Notes: a model not told the origin generated them from the letters alone. A stretch of 64,000 nt of DNA from Halobacteroidaceae bacterium (GCA_003554585.1 PWGV01000163.1:6071-70070), one strand, 5' to 3'. Positions 56,034 through 63,774 are shown, counted from the first letter of the stretch. Made by a program: numbers and translations.

Positions 56034-56707
56034 CTCCAGCGGGCCTGGCCGTTTTCTAGGTGTAACAAACGGTCGGAGGCTGCGAGATTTTCCAGTTGAT
56101 GGTCAACCAGGATTAAACTTTTTCCTGCTTTTTTAAGGGGGAAGATGATTTCCTGGACCCTTCGCCGTCCTTCTTGATCCAACTGGGACAGGGCTTCATC
56201 CAGAATCAGGGTATGGGGTCTCAAAGCAAGAATTGACCCCAGGGCCAGGAGCTGCTTTTCACCCCCGGAAAGCTGGGCAGGATTGGTATAACGGTACTGG
56301 GTCATTCCTGTTAGTTCAAGAACTTCTTTTATTCTTGTTTCAATTTCTTCCGGAGGCAGGCACAGATTTTCAGGACCAAAGGCAATTTCTTCTTCCACTG
56401 TCGTGCAGAACAACTGGGTTTCCGGATCCTGGAAAACCATCCCTATCTTCTGGGACAGCCGGGGAAGAGGAATAGAAGAGAGGGGCTGTTCATCTACCAG
56501 GATTTTCCCCATGATATTTCCGGGAAGGTGCCGGGGAATAATCCCGCTTAAACAGTAGCACAGTGTACTCTTGCCGCAACCGCTGGGACCTGTAATTCCA
56601 ATTACTTCTCCCGGGTTTAGTTTAAAGTTTAGGTCTGTCCAGAGGGGATAATTATCATCCGGGAAGGAAAAGGTAAAATTTTTAACGACAAGCCTGGTTC
56701 CGTTCAT
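56030..56707 (-). CDS. ECF/ABC transporter ATP-binding protein (A component)
   Basis: GPSGCGKST, LSGGEKQLLALG and ILDEALSQLD. 4-nt overlaps with both flanking genes. Confidence 0.9.
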   Translation of the reverse strand: MNGTRLVVKNFTFSFPDDNYPLWTDLNFKLNPGEVIGITGPSGCGKSTLCYCLSGIIPRHLPGNIMGKILVDEQPLSSIPLPRLSQKIGMVFQDPETQLFCTTVEEEIAFGPENLCLPPEEIETRIKEVLELTGMTQYRYTNPAQLSGGEKQLLALGSILALRPHTLILDEALSQLDQEGRRRVQEIIFPLKKAGKSLILVDHQLENLAASDRLLHLENGQARWS

Positions 56708-57228
56708 TCTACCGTCACCCGGGTCAGATACTTACACCAGCGCATGGCAAACTCATCCTGGAGGACAACTGTCATGAAGGGACCATCCCCGCCTTCTTCC
56801 CTCGTTTCAAGCCATTCCCCTTCCCGGGCGTAGACCAGGTAAATATTATTTTCTTCCAGGACTTCCTCGGAACTGTAGGCGATGGTATAACCATCTGCAG
56901 CCCGGGCAATTACCCGGTCAGCTTCTCCGAGGGTTTCGGGGAAGACATGGTTTAGGAATTCATTAAGAGGAACTCCGGTGAAAAAGATCTCGGTATCCTC
57001 TGCTGTGCTGCTGCGCCTGATGGTCCTGATGTTTGTTGCTTTTAAATCGAGGATTTCATCAAGGGTAATATCAACTGCTTCACCGGCAAAACTTATCCGC
57101 AAAATTCTTTCCCTTAATAACTCTCTTTCTTCCTCTACACCGCCGATATTGGCAATGGCCAGAGAAATAATAATGATTGCAAACAGGCCCATAATCCAGT
57201 AAATTTGCTTTGGTTTCAATTCTTTCAT
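56704..57228 (-). CDS. N-terminally membrane-anchored protein with one SUOX-fold (oxidoreductase molybdopterin-binding-like) domain
   Basis: Single TM helix IYWIMGLFAIIIISLAIANIGG. Then FTGVPLNEFLNHV...ARAADGYTIAY...GPFMTVVLQDEFAMRWCKYLTRVTV, which follows the G-x-L...DGY...P-x-R-L-V-V-P...VK-x-L-x-I pattern of PF00174-type domains. Confidence 0.55.
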   Translation of the reverse strand: MKELKPKQIYWIMGLFAIIIISLAIANIGGVEEERELLRERILRISFAGEAVDITLDEILDLKATNIRTIRRSSTAEDTEIFFTGVPLNEFLNHVFPETLGEADRVIARAADGYTIAYSSEEVLEENNIYLVYAREGEWLETREEGGDGPFMTVVLQDEFAMRWCKYLTRVTVE

Positions 57229-57231
57229 TTG

Positions 57232-59103
57232 CTAATTACCTCCTTGCAGGTGAAAAAAGGGGACAATTAGGTCCTGGTAATAAAAACGGCCGTGGTTGCC
57301 CCCTTCAGGGGTTTTTCTCATTCCATGATCCGGCATAATTAAAATATCTCCCGGCCAGAAAGAGGAAATTTCCTGGAGATATCCGTCCAAAACAGAGAGA
57401 GTCTCCATGGTCCTTTGGTCGAAAGGTCCGTATTCGTGGCCGGCAATATCCAGGGATTTGAAGTGGACAAACAAAAGGTCGTAATCTTTCTTAACCATAT
57501 CCCGGGCAGTGATGATTATTTCTTCGTCACCGCGGGGGTGGAGAACTGGAGCAATCTCCGAATAAAGGGGATTTATTGCTCCCTGCAGGCTAGCGACCTT
57601 TAAACCCTGTTCTGCGGAGAGATCAAGGATGTTTTGAACCAGGGGTTCCCGGTCTCTCCGCTGGTGAATTCCGGTCCCGGGAGGAAGTTCCCCGGTTAAA
57701 AGGGAAGCAGTATTTACATTGGTAATCGGGGGGTAGGCTACCCGGGCCATTTTTGTTTCCTCCCGGGAGCCGAGGAAGGGAATTAATTCGTTTTCCCGGG
57801 CGTACAGGAACTGGTCAAAACCAAATCCATCAACCAGGATTAATAGAATTCTTCGGTTATCAGCCATAAGGGTATTCATTTTGGGTACAATGTCAGCGAT
57901 AGAAATATCCGGAGGCTCAAACATTACACCCGCCAGGCTACCCAGAATTTCCTGTCCTTCTTTATCAACCAGGGTAAAGGAATTATTCTCAAAGGCAATA
58001 TGCTGTCCCTCGGGCTCGTAGAGCGCTTCCTCTCCTTTCAGGTTTACGGCGAGGAAAGGGCCGGTATATTCTGCAAAATATTCCTCGAGTTTAATTAAAG
58101 GCTCTGCCTGGTTTTGAGCCAGGAATTCTCCTGGAGTCATGTTTAATAGATTTTTCCTGGGAGTAACGATGCCCAGGGGAGCAGTATCTCCCAGGACAAT
58201 AATCTCCCCAATTCCCTGCAGAATATTTTCTTTCCCGGCCCCACCCAGGTTCCAGGTTCTGCTTTCCTCCTGGATTTCCAGGAAAATTTCATCCAAAGCA
58301 GTGGAGGAAAAATCTATGTTCTCGCCATTTTCTCCCCGCAGGTATACCTTCTGCAGACCAAGTGGTTCGGCTTTTTCCAGAACTTCCTCCAGGGAAATTC
58401 GCTCCTCTGAATAAGAGGAGATGGTGTAGGGGTTATCTACATCGCCTTTAATTTCAAGCGGGGAAACTGCATTTTTATCACTGCCTGTATCCGAACACCC
58501 GGTTAAAAATAGGGAGAAAATTAGCAGGGCGAAGAGCCCCGGTTTCAAAACGTTTTTGAAGAGGGGAGTTTTTTCCAACTGGCGCAGTAATTGAAAACAG
58601 ATAATTCCCCCGCCTCCCCCGGAAAAGGCTCCCAGGAAAAGAGACAGGAGGAGAGGTATAAGGGGCAGGCGGAAAAAAACCACATTAACCAGGAATGTTC
58701 CGCTCAGGTTAGCAAGGGTTCCGGCCATAAAGCAGTGAAAAATTGTGGCTTTCCGGGGTTGCCCAAAAAGAAAAAGCCCAAAATCTACCATTAAGCCGGG
58801 GAGAATATAGGTCATAAGGCTTAAAACCCCGTGGGAACCCACAACTCCCAATGCCATTACAAGGATGGCCTGGATTAAACAGGTTATTGTTGCAGCTCCA
58901 TTTTTATTGACCAGAAACCGGGCCATGACAATCCACATCATATAAAGGCCACCGGCCAGGGCTCCTCCGGGAATAAAAAGTGGAGCAGTGATCATATGCA
59001 CAAGGGGAGTGATTATGGGTTTTGTTGCTATACCCAAAACAGCCATCATGGCCATCAGGGTCAGGTCGAACATGGAAAACCGCAAAAGGTACCGGTGCAG
59101 CAT
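57232..59103 (-). CDS. Fusion protein: ECF S-component-like 6-TM domain, internal lipobox-like TM, linker domain, and C-terminal alkaline-phosphatase-superfamily nucleotide pyrophosphatase/phosphodiesterase domain
   Basis: Residues 1-185 are hydrophobic (LMAMMAVLGIATKPIITP...). Then LFALLIFSLFLTGCSDTG. The C-terminus has ILLILVDGFGFD, YPPITNVNTASLLTGELPPGTGIH, FVHFKSLDIAGHEYGP, IMPDHGM and GNHG, which are NPP/PF01663-type metal and nucleophile motifs. Confidence 0.7.
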   Translation of the reverse strand: MLHRYLLRFSMFDLTLMAMMAVLGIATKPIITPLVHMITAPLFIPGGALAGGLYMMWIVMARFLVNKNGAATITCLIQAILVMALGVVGSHGVLSLMTYILPGLMVDFGLFLFGQPRKATIFHCFMAGTLANLSGTFLVNVVFFRLPLIPLLLSLFLGAFSGGGGGIICFQLLRQLEKTPLFKNVLKPGLFALLIFSLFLTGCSDTGSDKNAVSPLEIKGDVDNPYTISSYSEERISLEEVLEKAEPLGLQKVYLRGENGENIDFSSTALDEIFLEIQEESRTWNLGGAGKENILQGIGEIIVLGDTAPLGIVTPRKNLLNMTPGEFLAQNQAEPLIKLEEYFAEYTGPFLAVNLKGEEALYEPEGQHIAFENNSFTLVDKEGQEILGSLAGVMFEPPDISIADIVPKMNTLMADNRRILLILVDGFGFDQFLYARENELIPFLGSREETKMARVAYPPITNVNTASLLTGELPPGTGIHQRRDREPLVQNILDLSAEQGLKVASLQGAINPLYSEIAPVLHPRGDEEIIITARDMVKKDYDLLFVHFKSLDIAGHEYGPFDQRTMETLSVLDGYLQEISSFWPGDILIMPDHGMRKTPEGGNHGRFYYQDLIVPFFHLQGGN

Positions 59104-59106
59104 TAT

Positions 59107-60159
59107 TTATACCTCCCCATCAAGAGCCTTGATCAATAGAATTCCTCGGATGTGGAAGTTGCGAGGGAGGTGGGAAAAATGGACTCGAAAACTCCCGTCA
59201 TCAAGCTGTTTTATTATTCCCTGCTGGATGTCCTCTAAAGAAATTTCAACTGAATAACCATCAACAGCCTCAATTTTAAGGCCATTGCTCCAATCCAGGC
59301 CGGCTTTTTCAACAAACTTATCCAGGGCGATTCCTTCTTCCCCATTGATTTCTGCTGGGGGAAGATCCTTAATCCAGTTGGACCAGAAAACAATTTTTTC
59401 TCTACCCAGTTGTATTGAACTCAAACCCTTTACCTGGCGGCCCGCGTGCAGTTTCTCTCCGGAAAAAGTTGGGACTCCATTATCCAGGGGGTCTATATAA
59501 GTGTCGGGGATGTCTGACAAACGTTCGGTTTTTGTGTGGCCGTCTGCCGCAGAAAAGAAGATGAAATCACCAATTGGGTTGAGTTCTTCAACGATAGAAG
59601 AGATCAAAACCCGGGAATCAATAACTCCCATTTTTTCGGCCAGGGAAGAGAAAAGGTAAACAGCATCCACCTCTATTTCAAACAGGCCTCCTTCCAGTTC
59701 CGCACGGACGCAATTGCGAACCCAGTACATCATTTCTTCTCCGGGGATTACAACCCGGAGCGGGTATTCATTTTCAGGAAGTTTTTGCCCATCATCCCGG
59801 AAAATGGCCAGGAGGATATTCCGGTTTCGGAATATTTCGGGGGGAATCTGGACAACGTAGCCGTCCTCAGCAATGAAACGGAGCCCTTCCAGGCCTTCCT
59901 GGGAGTAACCTTTATTTTCGAGGATGGTCTGCAAAAGAACTCCCTGGTAGGTCCGCTGCTGTTCTTCGACCACGATAGTTACTTCTTTTTGCTCCAGGCT
60001 TTTGAGAAAAACAGGAGTTAAACTGAGCTTTTCTCCGTCGGGGAGAATTATTTCGAAAACCCATTCCACCCTGCCGCATGGTCCTGCTGCAGCCTGGGGT
60101 AATAGGGTTGTTGTTAGAAGTAGAAAAGCTAACATAATAAAAAGCGCAAGTTTTTTCAT
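59107..60159 (-). CDS. Secreted protein with two to three tandem SUOX-fold (molybdopterin-binding-like) domains
   Basis: Sec-type signal MKKLALFIMLAFLLLTTTLLPQAAAG with no twin arginine. Repeats: YQGVLLQTILENKGY...FIAEDGYVVQI...PLRVVIPGEEMMYWVRNCVRAEL; SAADGH; and GIALDKFVEKAGL...IEAVDGYSVEI. Confidence 0.6.
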   Translation of the reverse strand: MKKLALFIMLAFLLLTTTLLPQAAAGPCGRVEWVFEIILPDGEKLSLTPVFLKSLEQKEVTIVVEEQQRTYQGVLLQTILENKGYSQEGLEGLRFIAEDGYVVQIPPEIFRNRNILLAIFRDDGQKLPENEYPLRVVIPGEEMMYWVRNCVRAELEGGLFEIEVDAVYLFSSLAEKMGVIDSRVLISSIVEELNPIGDFIFFSAADGHTKTERLSDIPDTYIDPLDNGVPTFSGEKLHAGRQVKGLSSIQLGREKIVFWSNWIKDLPPAEINGEEGIALDKFVEKAGLDWSNGLKIEAVDGYSVEISLEDIQQGIIKQLDDGSFRVHFSHLPRNFHIRGILLIKALDGEV

Positions 60160-60233
60160 TAAAATTTTCCTCCTTGGATTATTTACTTTAGATTGTGGAT
60201 GATTTAAAATAGATTAATTTGTTCCCTGGAAGT

Positions 60234-60263
60234 GAAAATAAAAAAACCTCCGGAAAGGGAGGT
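60234..60263 (-). terminator. Intrinsic terminator acting as the riboswitch expression platform
   Basis: The minus strand reads ACCTCC-ctttcc-GGAGGT followed by TTTTTTTATTTT. Lies about 75 nt upstream of the first operon gene. Confidence 0.7.
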
Positions 60264-60283
60264 CAGGTACAGACTAAGGTACC

Positions 60284-60377
60284 ACTCCTTTCCACACTGG
60301 GAGGCACAGCCGTTTCCAGCAGTGCCCTATCGGCTTGAGGCCAGCCCAACAAGGGGTAAGGCGTTCAAGCTCGGAGT
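60284..60377 (-). promoter_or_regulatory. Moco (or Tuco) riboswitch-like aptamer (cis-regulatory RNA)
   Basis: Minus strand: ACUCCGAGC...GCC-uua-CCC-cuuguu-GGG-cu-GGCCUC...GGCAC-u-GCUG-GAAA-CGGC-u-GUGCCUCCC-agugu-GGAAAGGAGU. P1 pairs ACUCC with GGAGU. The CCGAGC, GCCUC, GCCUCCC and GGAAAGGAG blocks match my recollection of the Moco RNA motif. Not verified with a covariance model. Confidence 0.6.
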
Positions 60378-60487
60378 CAATTTTCTGTTCCTTTTCTTAA
60401 TTCGTGAATACCCTGGAAACCCCTTTATTTTTTGCAGGAATTTTTATAATAAGAGGAGAAATTGTTCAAAAATGTACAAGACGAGGG

Positions 60488-62236
60488 GTGGTTTTCCTGG
60501 GAAGAAAAATTATTTTTTATTTTTTCGTTATCTTTCTTTTTCTTTATTGCCCCACTGTGGATGCTTTTGATATCCCAGAAGTAAAAATTGAAGATGGAGT
60601 TTTACGGGCTGGCTCGGGGTGGAGAATTGATCTTGAAGGACTGCGGATAGGATTTTTAAGTGGGAGCCCGGAGGAGATTGGAATCCAGCATGGCCTTTTA
60701 ATGACCGAAAACCCGGAAGAACTCAGGCAAAAAATGCTGGATAAGCTACCTTTTGCTCATCCAGAGACCCTTGGAGAGAGGTTCGCGGGGTTTTTTCTCA
60801 ATACCTATGCCCGTTTTCAGTTTTACCCTGCTTTTTTAAGGCATACACCAGAAGAATATATTCGGGAAATGCGGGGCTTTGTCCTGGGGGCCTCCCGGGG
60901 GGAAGAAGACGACATTTACGATGTTATGATGGGTAATGCTGCTCAAGATCTTGAAATCGCTGCCTGTTCAGCATTCGCTGCCTGGGGGAATGCAACCGAA
61001 GACGGGGAAATTTACGTGGGCAGGAACCTTGACCACGGGGGAATGCTGGATCTGGCCAGCTACCAGTACCTGGCAATTTATGACCCCGAAAGGGGATACC
61101 GTTTTGCCGTCCATAATTACCCGGCTTTTGTGGGGACAATGAGCGGAATGAATGAAAAAGGGCTGGTTATTAGCTCAAATTATTCAATGGCCCGCAGGGA
61201 GGAAACGACAATTAATGGACTCCCCTACATGTTTATGTTACGCAATGTTCTCCAGAACGCAGCTACTATCGATGAAGCCCTGGAAATAATCAAAAATACC
61301 CCTCGAACAATTGGGCTGACCCTGCTCCTGGCTGACGGGAAAACGCCAGAAGCTGTTGTAGTGGAAATAACTGCTGATAGGATGCAGGTAAGAACTGGAG
61401 AGGATTATATCTTCGCTGCCAACCGCTATTTACATCCCGAGATGAAAGACTATCAGGCCGGGGGCTGGCTGGCTTCAGCCCTGCGGGAGAAGCGCTTTCA
61501 GGAGTTGATTACCGATGAATTCTGGGGTCAGATTGATGTCTCCGTCACCCGTGATATCATGCGGGATCGATTGCCTCCTGAAGGTTTTAAACAGGAAAAC
61601 TTCGGGCAGGGTATCAACCATGAAGTGAATATGGCTTCCATGGCCATGGTTCCCTCCCGGGGGGAATTCTGGGTGGGAGCAGTAGATGATTCTGAAATTC
61701 CTTTTGCGGCTGATGCCCACTTTGTTGGGATTGATGTCCGGAAAATCTGGGAAACCGGGGAACCACCCCGGGAACCGATTGGTATTCTGGAGGCAACACC
61801 CCGGGAGGGGTACGAGGGTTACTGGTTTAAGGCTCGGGAAGCCAACCTTCTTTTAGGCCAGGGAAAAAGAGAAAAAGCCCTTGAACTCCTGGAAGAAGTT
61901 TTATCTGTTTACCCCCGGGCAGAAATGCCCCTGCTTCTGGCCGGGAGAGCCCTGATTAGAGAAGGGGAAATAGATAAAGGGATTGAATACCTGGAGCGTT
62001 TTGCAACCCTTGAGTATAACAGCGAACCGTTCCATCAAATGGAAGGTTATTTCTGGCTGGCTGTGGTTTACGATCAGGTTGGAGAGAGGGAAAAGGCAGT
62101 TGAGTATTACCGAAAAAGCTTGCAGGTCCAGATTGAAGATATGCCCCCGGCCGAAGGCGGTTACCGTTATTTCGCCGAAAAGGGAATTGAAACTCCGCTA
62201 AAGTTAACTCCCGAGGGGAGGGTATATATTCCGTGA
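60488..62236 (+). CDS. Exported C45-family (acyl-CoA:6-APA acyltransferase-like / Ntn) hydrolase with C-terminal TPR repeats
   Basis: Signal-like N-terminus VVFLGRKIIFYFFVIFLFLYCPTVDA from GTG 60488. ACSAFAAWGNATEDGEIYVGRNLD is the Ntn Cys context. TPR-like C-terminus (ALELLEEVLSVYP..., AVEYYRKSLQ). The start is uncertain. Confidence 0.7.
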   Translation: MVFLGRKIIFYFFVIFLFLYCPTVDAFDIPEVKIEDGVLRAGSGWRIDLEGLRIGFLSGSPEEIGIQHGLLMTENPEELRQKMLDKLPFAHPETLGERFAGFFLNTYARFQFYPAFLRHTPEEYIREMRGFVLGASRGEEDDIYDVMMGNAAQDLEIAACSAFAAWGNATEDGEIYVGRNLDHGGMLDLASYQYLAIYDPERGYRFAVHNYPAFVGTMSGMNEKGLVISSNYSMARREETTINGLPYMFMLRNVLQNAATIDEALEIIKNTPRTIGLTLLLADGKTPEAVVVEITADRMQVRTGEDYIFAANRYLHPEMKDYQAGGWLASALREKRFQELITDEFWGQIDVSVTRDIMRDRLPPEGFKQENFGQGINHEVNMASMAMVPSRGEFWVGAVDDSEIPFAADAHFVGIDVRKIWETGEPPREPIGILEATPREGYEGYWFKAREANLLLGQGKREKALELLEEVLSVYPRAEMPLLLAGRALIREGEIDKGIEYLERFATLEYNSEPFHQMEGYFWLAVVYDQVGEREKAVEYYRKSLQVQIEDMPPAEGGYRYFAEKGIETPLKLTPEGRVYIP

Positions 62237-63369
62237 AAAGTTTAACCCTGGCAATTTTAATTTTTAGCCTTTTATCTGTTTCCTCGATCCAGGTAGAAGC
62301 TTCAGACAATTGTAAAATAGAAGAAATTATTGTGCTGGGCCTGACCAGGACGGAAGAAAGCGTTGTGCTTTCTCAGCTTCCTTTTTCGGAAGGAGATGTC
62401 TGGAAAGAAGAGTACCGGAGATGGACCCTGCGCAGATTACAGCTTCTGGATTTCTTTGCCTATGATCCGCTGCGGGTTATTGTTGAGCCCATAGAGGATG
62501 AAAAATGCCGGGTCATTGTTCGAGCTACAGACCCGACAGTATTATACAAAGAGCCCATGAAATTTTTGCTAACAAATGCAGTGAATCTACTTTTCCGGCA
62601 ATTTGAACTTTCCCTTTTTAATCCCGGGGGAATTGGAAGCAGTTTTAAGTTTTATGGCAGCTGGGGTAACTACAGGAACCTGGGGATGACAGTTTCCAGT
62701 CCCATTGGGGCGGGAATTGGTTCTGCCGGTGGACAAATTTATTCAAACTCAACAGGATTCTATAAGGAAAGTGGACTGGTATTTAAGGGCGACTACAGCA
62801 ACTGGGTTGATCCTTCAATTCGTTTAACGGGTGGAATTGATTACCGGACTGGGGAGCTCAACGAACAAAAACAGATAATTATGTTACCCCGGGGAGAATT
62901 ATATTATGATAATGAGTTTAAAGGAGAGATAAAGACTTCGGCAGGCTTTTTTTTCACCGGGGAAAAACCTTTTATCCGGCTTCAGGGGCAGGCTATGGGA
63001 GAACTGGGGTCATTTGTTGGATTAATCCGGGGCGGTTTCATTGCAGGGGCAAACCCACCCTTAAATTATCACTACCGCCTGGGAGGGTTTGGACTAATTC
63101 CCCTGCGGGGTCAACCAGTTGAACTGGCCCGGAATTTTTTATTGGGAACTGTAGAATACCATTTTCAAACCCCTCAGTTTATCCCCATCCTTTTTGCTGA
63201 CGGGGGCTGGTATAGCCCCGGGGGAGAAGGAGGAAATATTAATATCGGGGCAGGACTGGCAATGGAAATTCCCCTCGGGGTAATCAGGGCTGATTTTGCC
63301 TGGCATCCCTTCCGGGGGACTACTGGCTTTAATATTGGTTTTGGCCACAGCTACCGCCCTCCATTTTAA
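62233..63369 (+). CDS. Omp85/BamA-superfamily outer-membrane beta-barrel with a single POTRA domain
   Basis: Signal peptide ending VEASD, a POTRA-like segment IEEIIVLGLTRTEESVVLSQLPFSEGDVW, alternating beta-strand pattern, and the terminal aromatic signature GFGHSYRPPF. GTGA overlap with the upstream gene. Confidence 0.75.
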   Translation: MKSLTLAILIFSLLSVSSIQVEASDNCKIEEIIVLGLTRTEESVVLSQLPFSEGDVWKEEYRRWTLRRLQLLDFFAYDPLRVIVEPIEDEKCRVIVRATDPTVLYKEPMKFLLTNAVNLLFRQFELSLFNPGGIGSSFKFYGSWGNYRNLGMTVSSPIGAGIGSAGGQIYSNSTGFYKESGLVFKGDYSNWVDPSIRLTGGIDYRTGELNEQKQIIMLPRGELYYDNEFKGEIKTSAGFFFTGEKPFIRLQGQAMGELGSFVGLIRGGFIAGANPPLNYHYRLGGFGLIPLRGQPVELARNFLLGTVEYHFQTPQFIPILFADGGWYSPGGEGGNINIGAGLAMEIPLGVIRADFAWHPFRGTTGFNIGFGHSYRPPF

Positions 63370-63419
63370 CCAGGGGAATTGAGAGAAGAAAAGGGCTCTT
63401 TAGGGGGCCTTTTTTTTAT

Positions 63420-63448
63420 TTGCATAAATCGTAGGTATGTGTTAGTAT
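63420..63448 (+). promoter_or_regulatory. Promoter of csoR-copZ
   Basis: TTGCAT (63420-63425), 17-nt spacer, TGtTAGTAT (63440-63448). Confidence 0.55.
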
Positions 63449-63458
63449 ATAAATAGCC

Positions 63459-63475
63459 ATACCCCGTAGGGGTAT
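63459..63475 (+). promoter_or_regulatory. CsoR operator
   Basis: Perfect palindrome ATACCCC-gta-GGGGTAT between the -10 and the RBS. This is the classic GC-tract CsoR box architecture. Confidence 0.75.
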
Positions 63476-63489
63476 ATGGAGGTGGTTTC

Positions 63490-63774
63490 ATGAAGTATCG
63501 GGAGAGACCTGATCAGTTTAAAAAGAAATTAATGGACAGGATGGAAAGAATTAATGGGCAGACCCGTGGAATTTTGAAAATGATTGAAGAAGACCGCTAT
63601 TGTATTGATATTCTTATTCAAATAGGCGCTGTAAAAGGTGCGCTTAACCAGGTTGCCCTGCAGCTTTTCGAGGACCACAGCCAGCACTGTCTGGCGGACT
63701 CCATGGTAAGCGGGGGTAAAAAACAGGAAGAAGCAGTAGAAGAGCTGCTTACAGCACTGAAAAGAATGCTTTAA
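63490..63774 (+). CDS. csoR: CsoR-family copper-sensing transcriptional repressor
   Basis: RINGQTRGILKMIEEDRYCIDILIQIGAVKGAL...HSQHC, which carries the C-H-C ligand pattern. Confidence 0.9.
   Translation: MKYRERPDQFKKKLMDRMERINGQTRGILKMIEEDRYCIDILIQIGAVKGALNQVALQLFEDHSQHCLADSMVSGGKKQEEAVEELLTALKRML

Noticed and set aside
60232-60570. 112-aa plus-strand ORF covering the riboswitch region. Also an ATG at 60472 with a good RBS that opens a 32-codon frame.
   Set aside because: It has no protein-like features and lies antisense to a structured leader RNA. The hydrophobic signal-like sequence of the C45 protein is in the other frame, starting at GTG 60488. A sequencing frameshift in the T/A runs cannot be excluded but is not needed.
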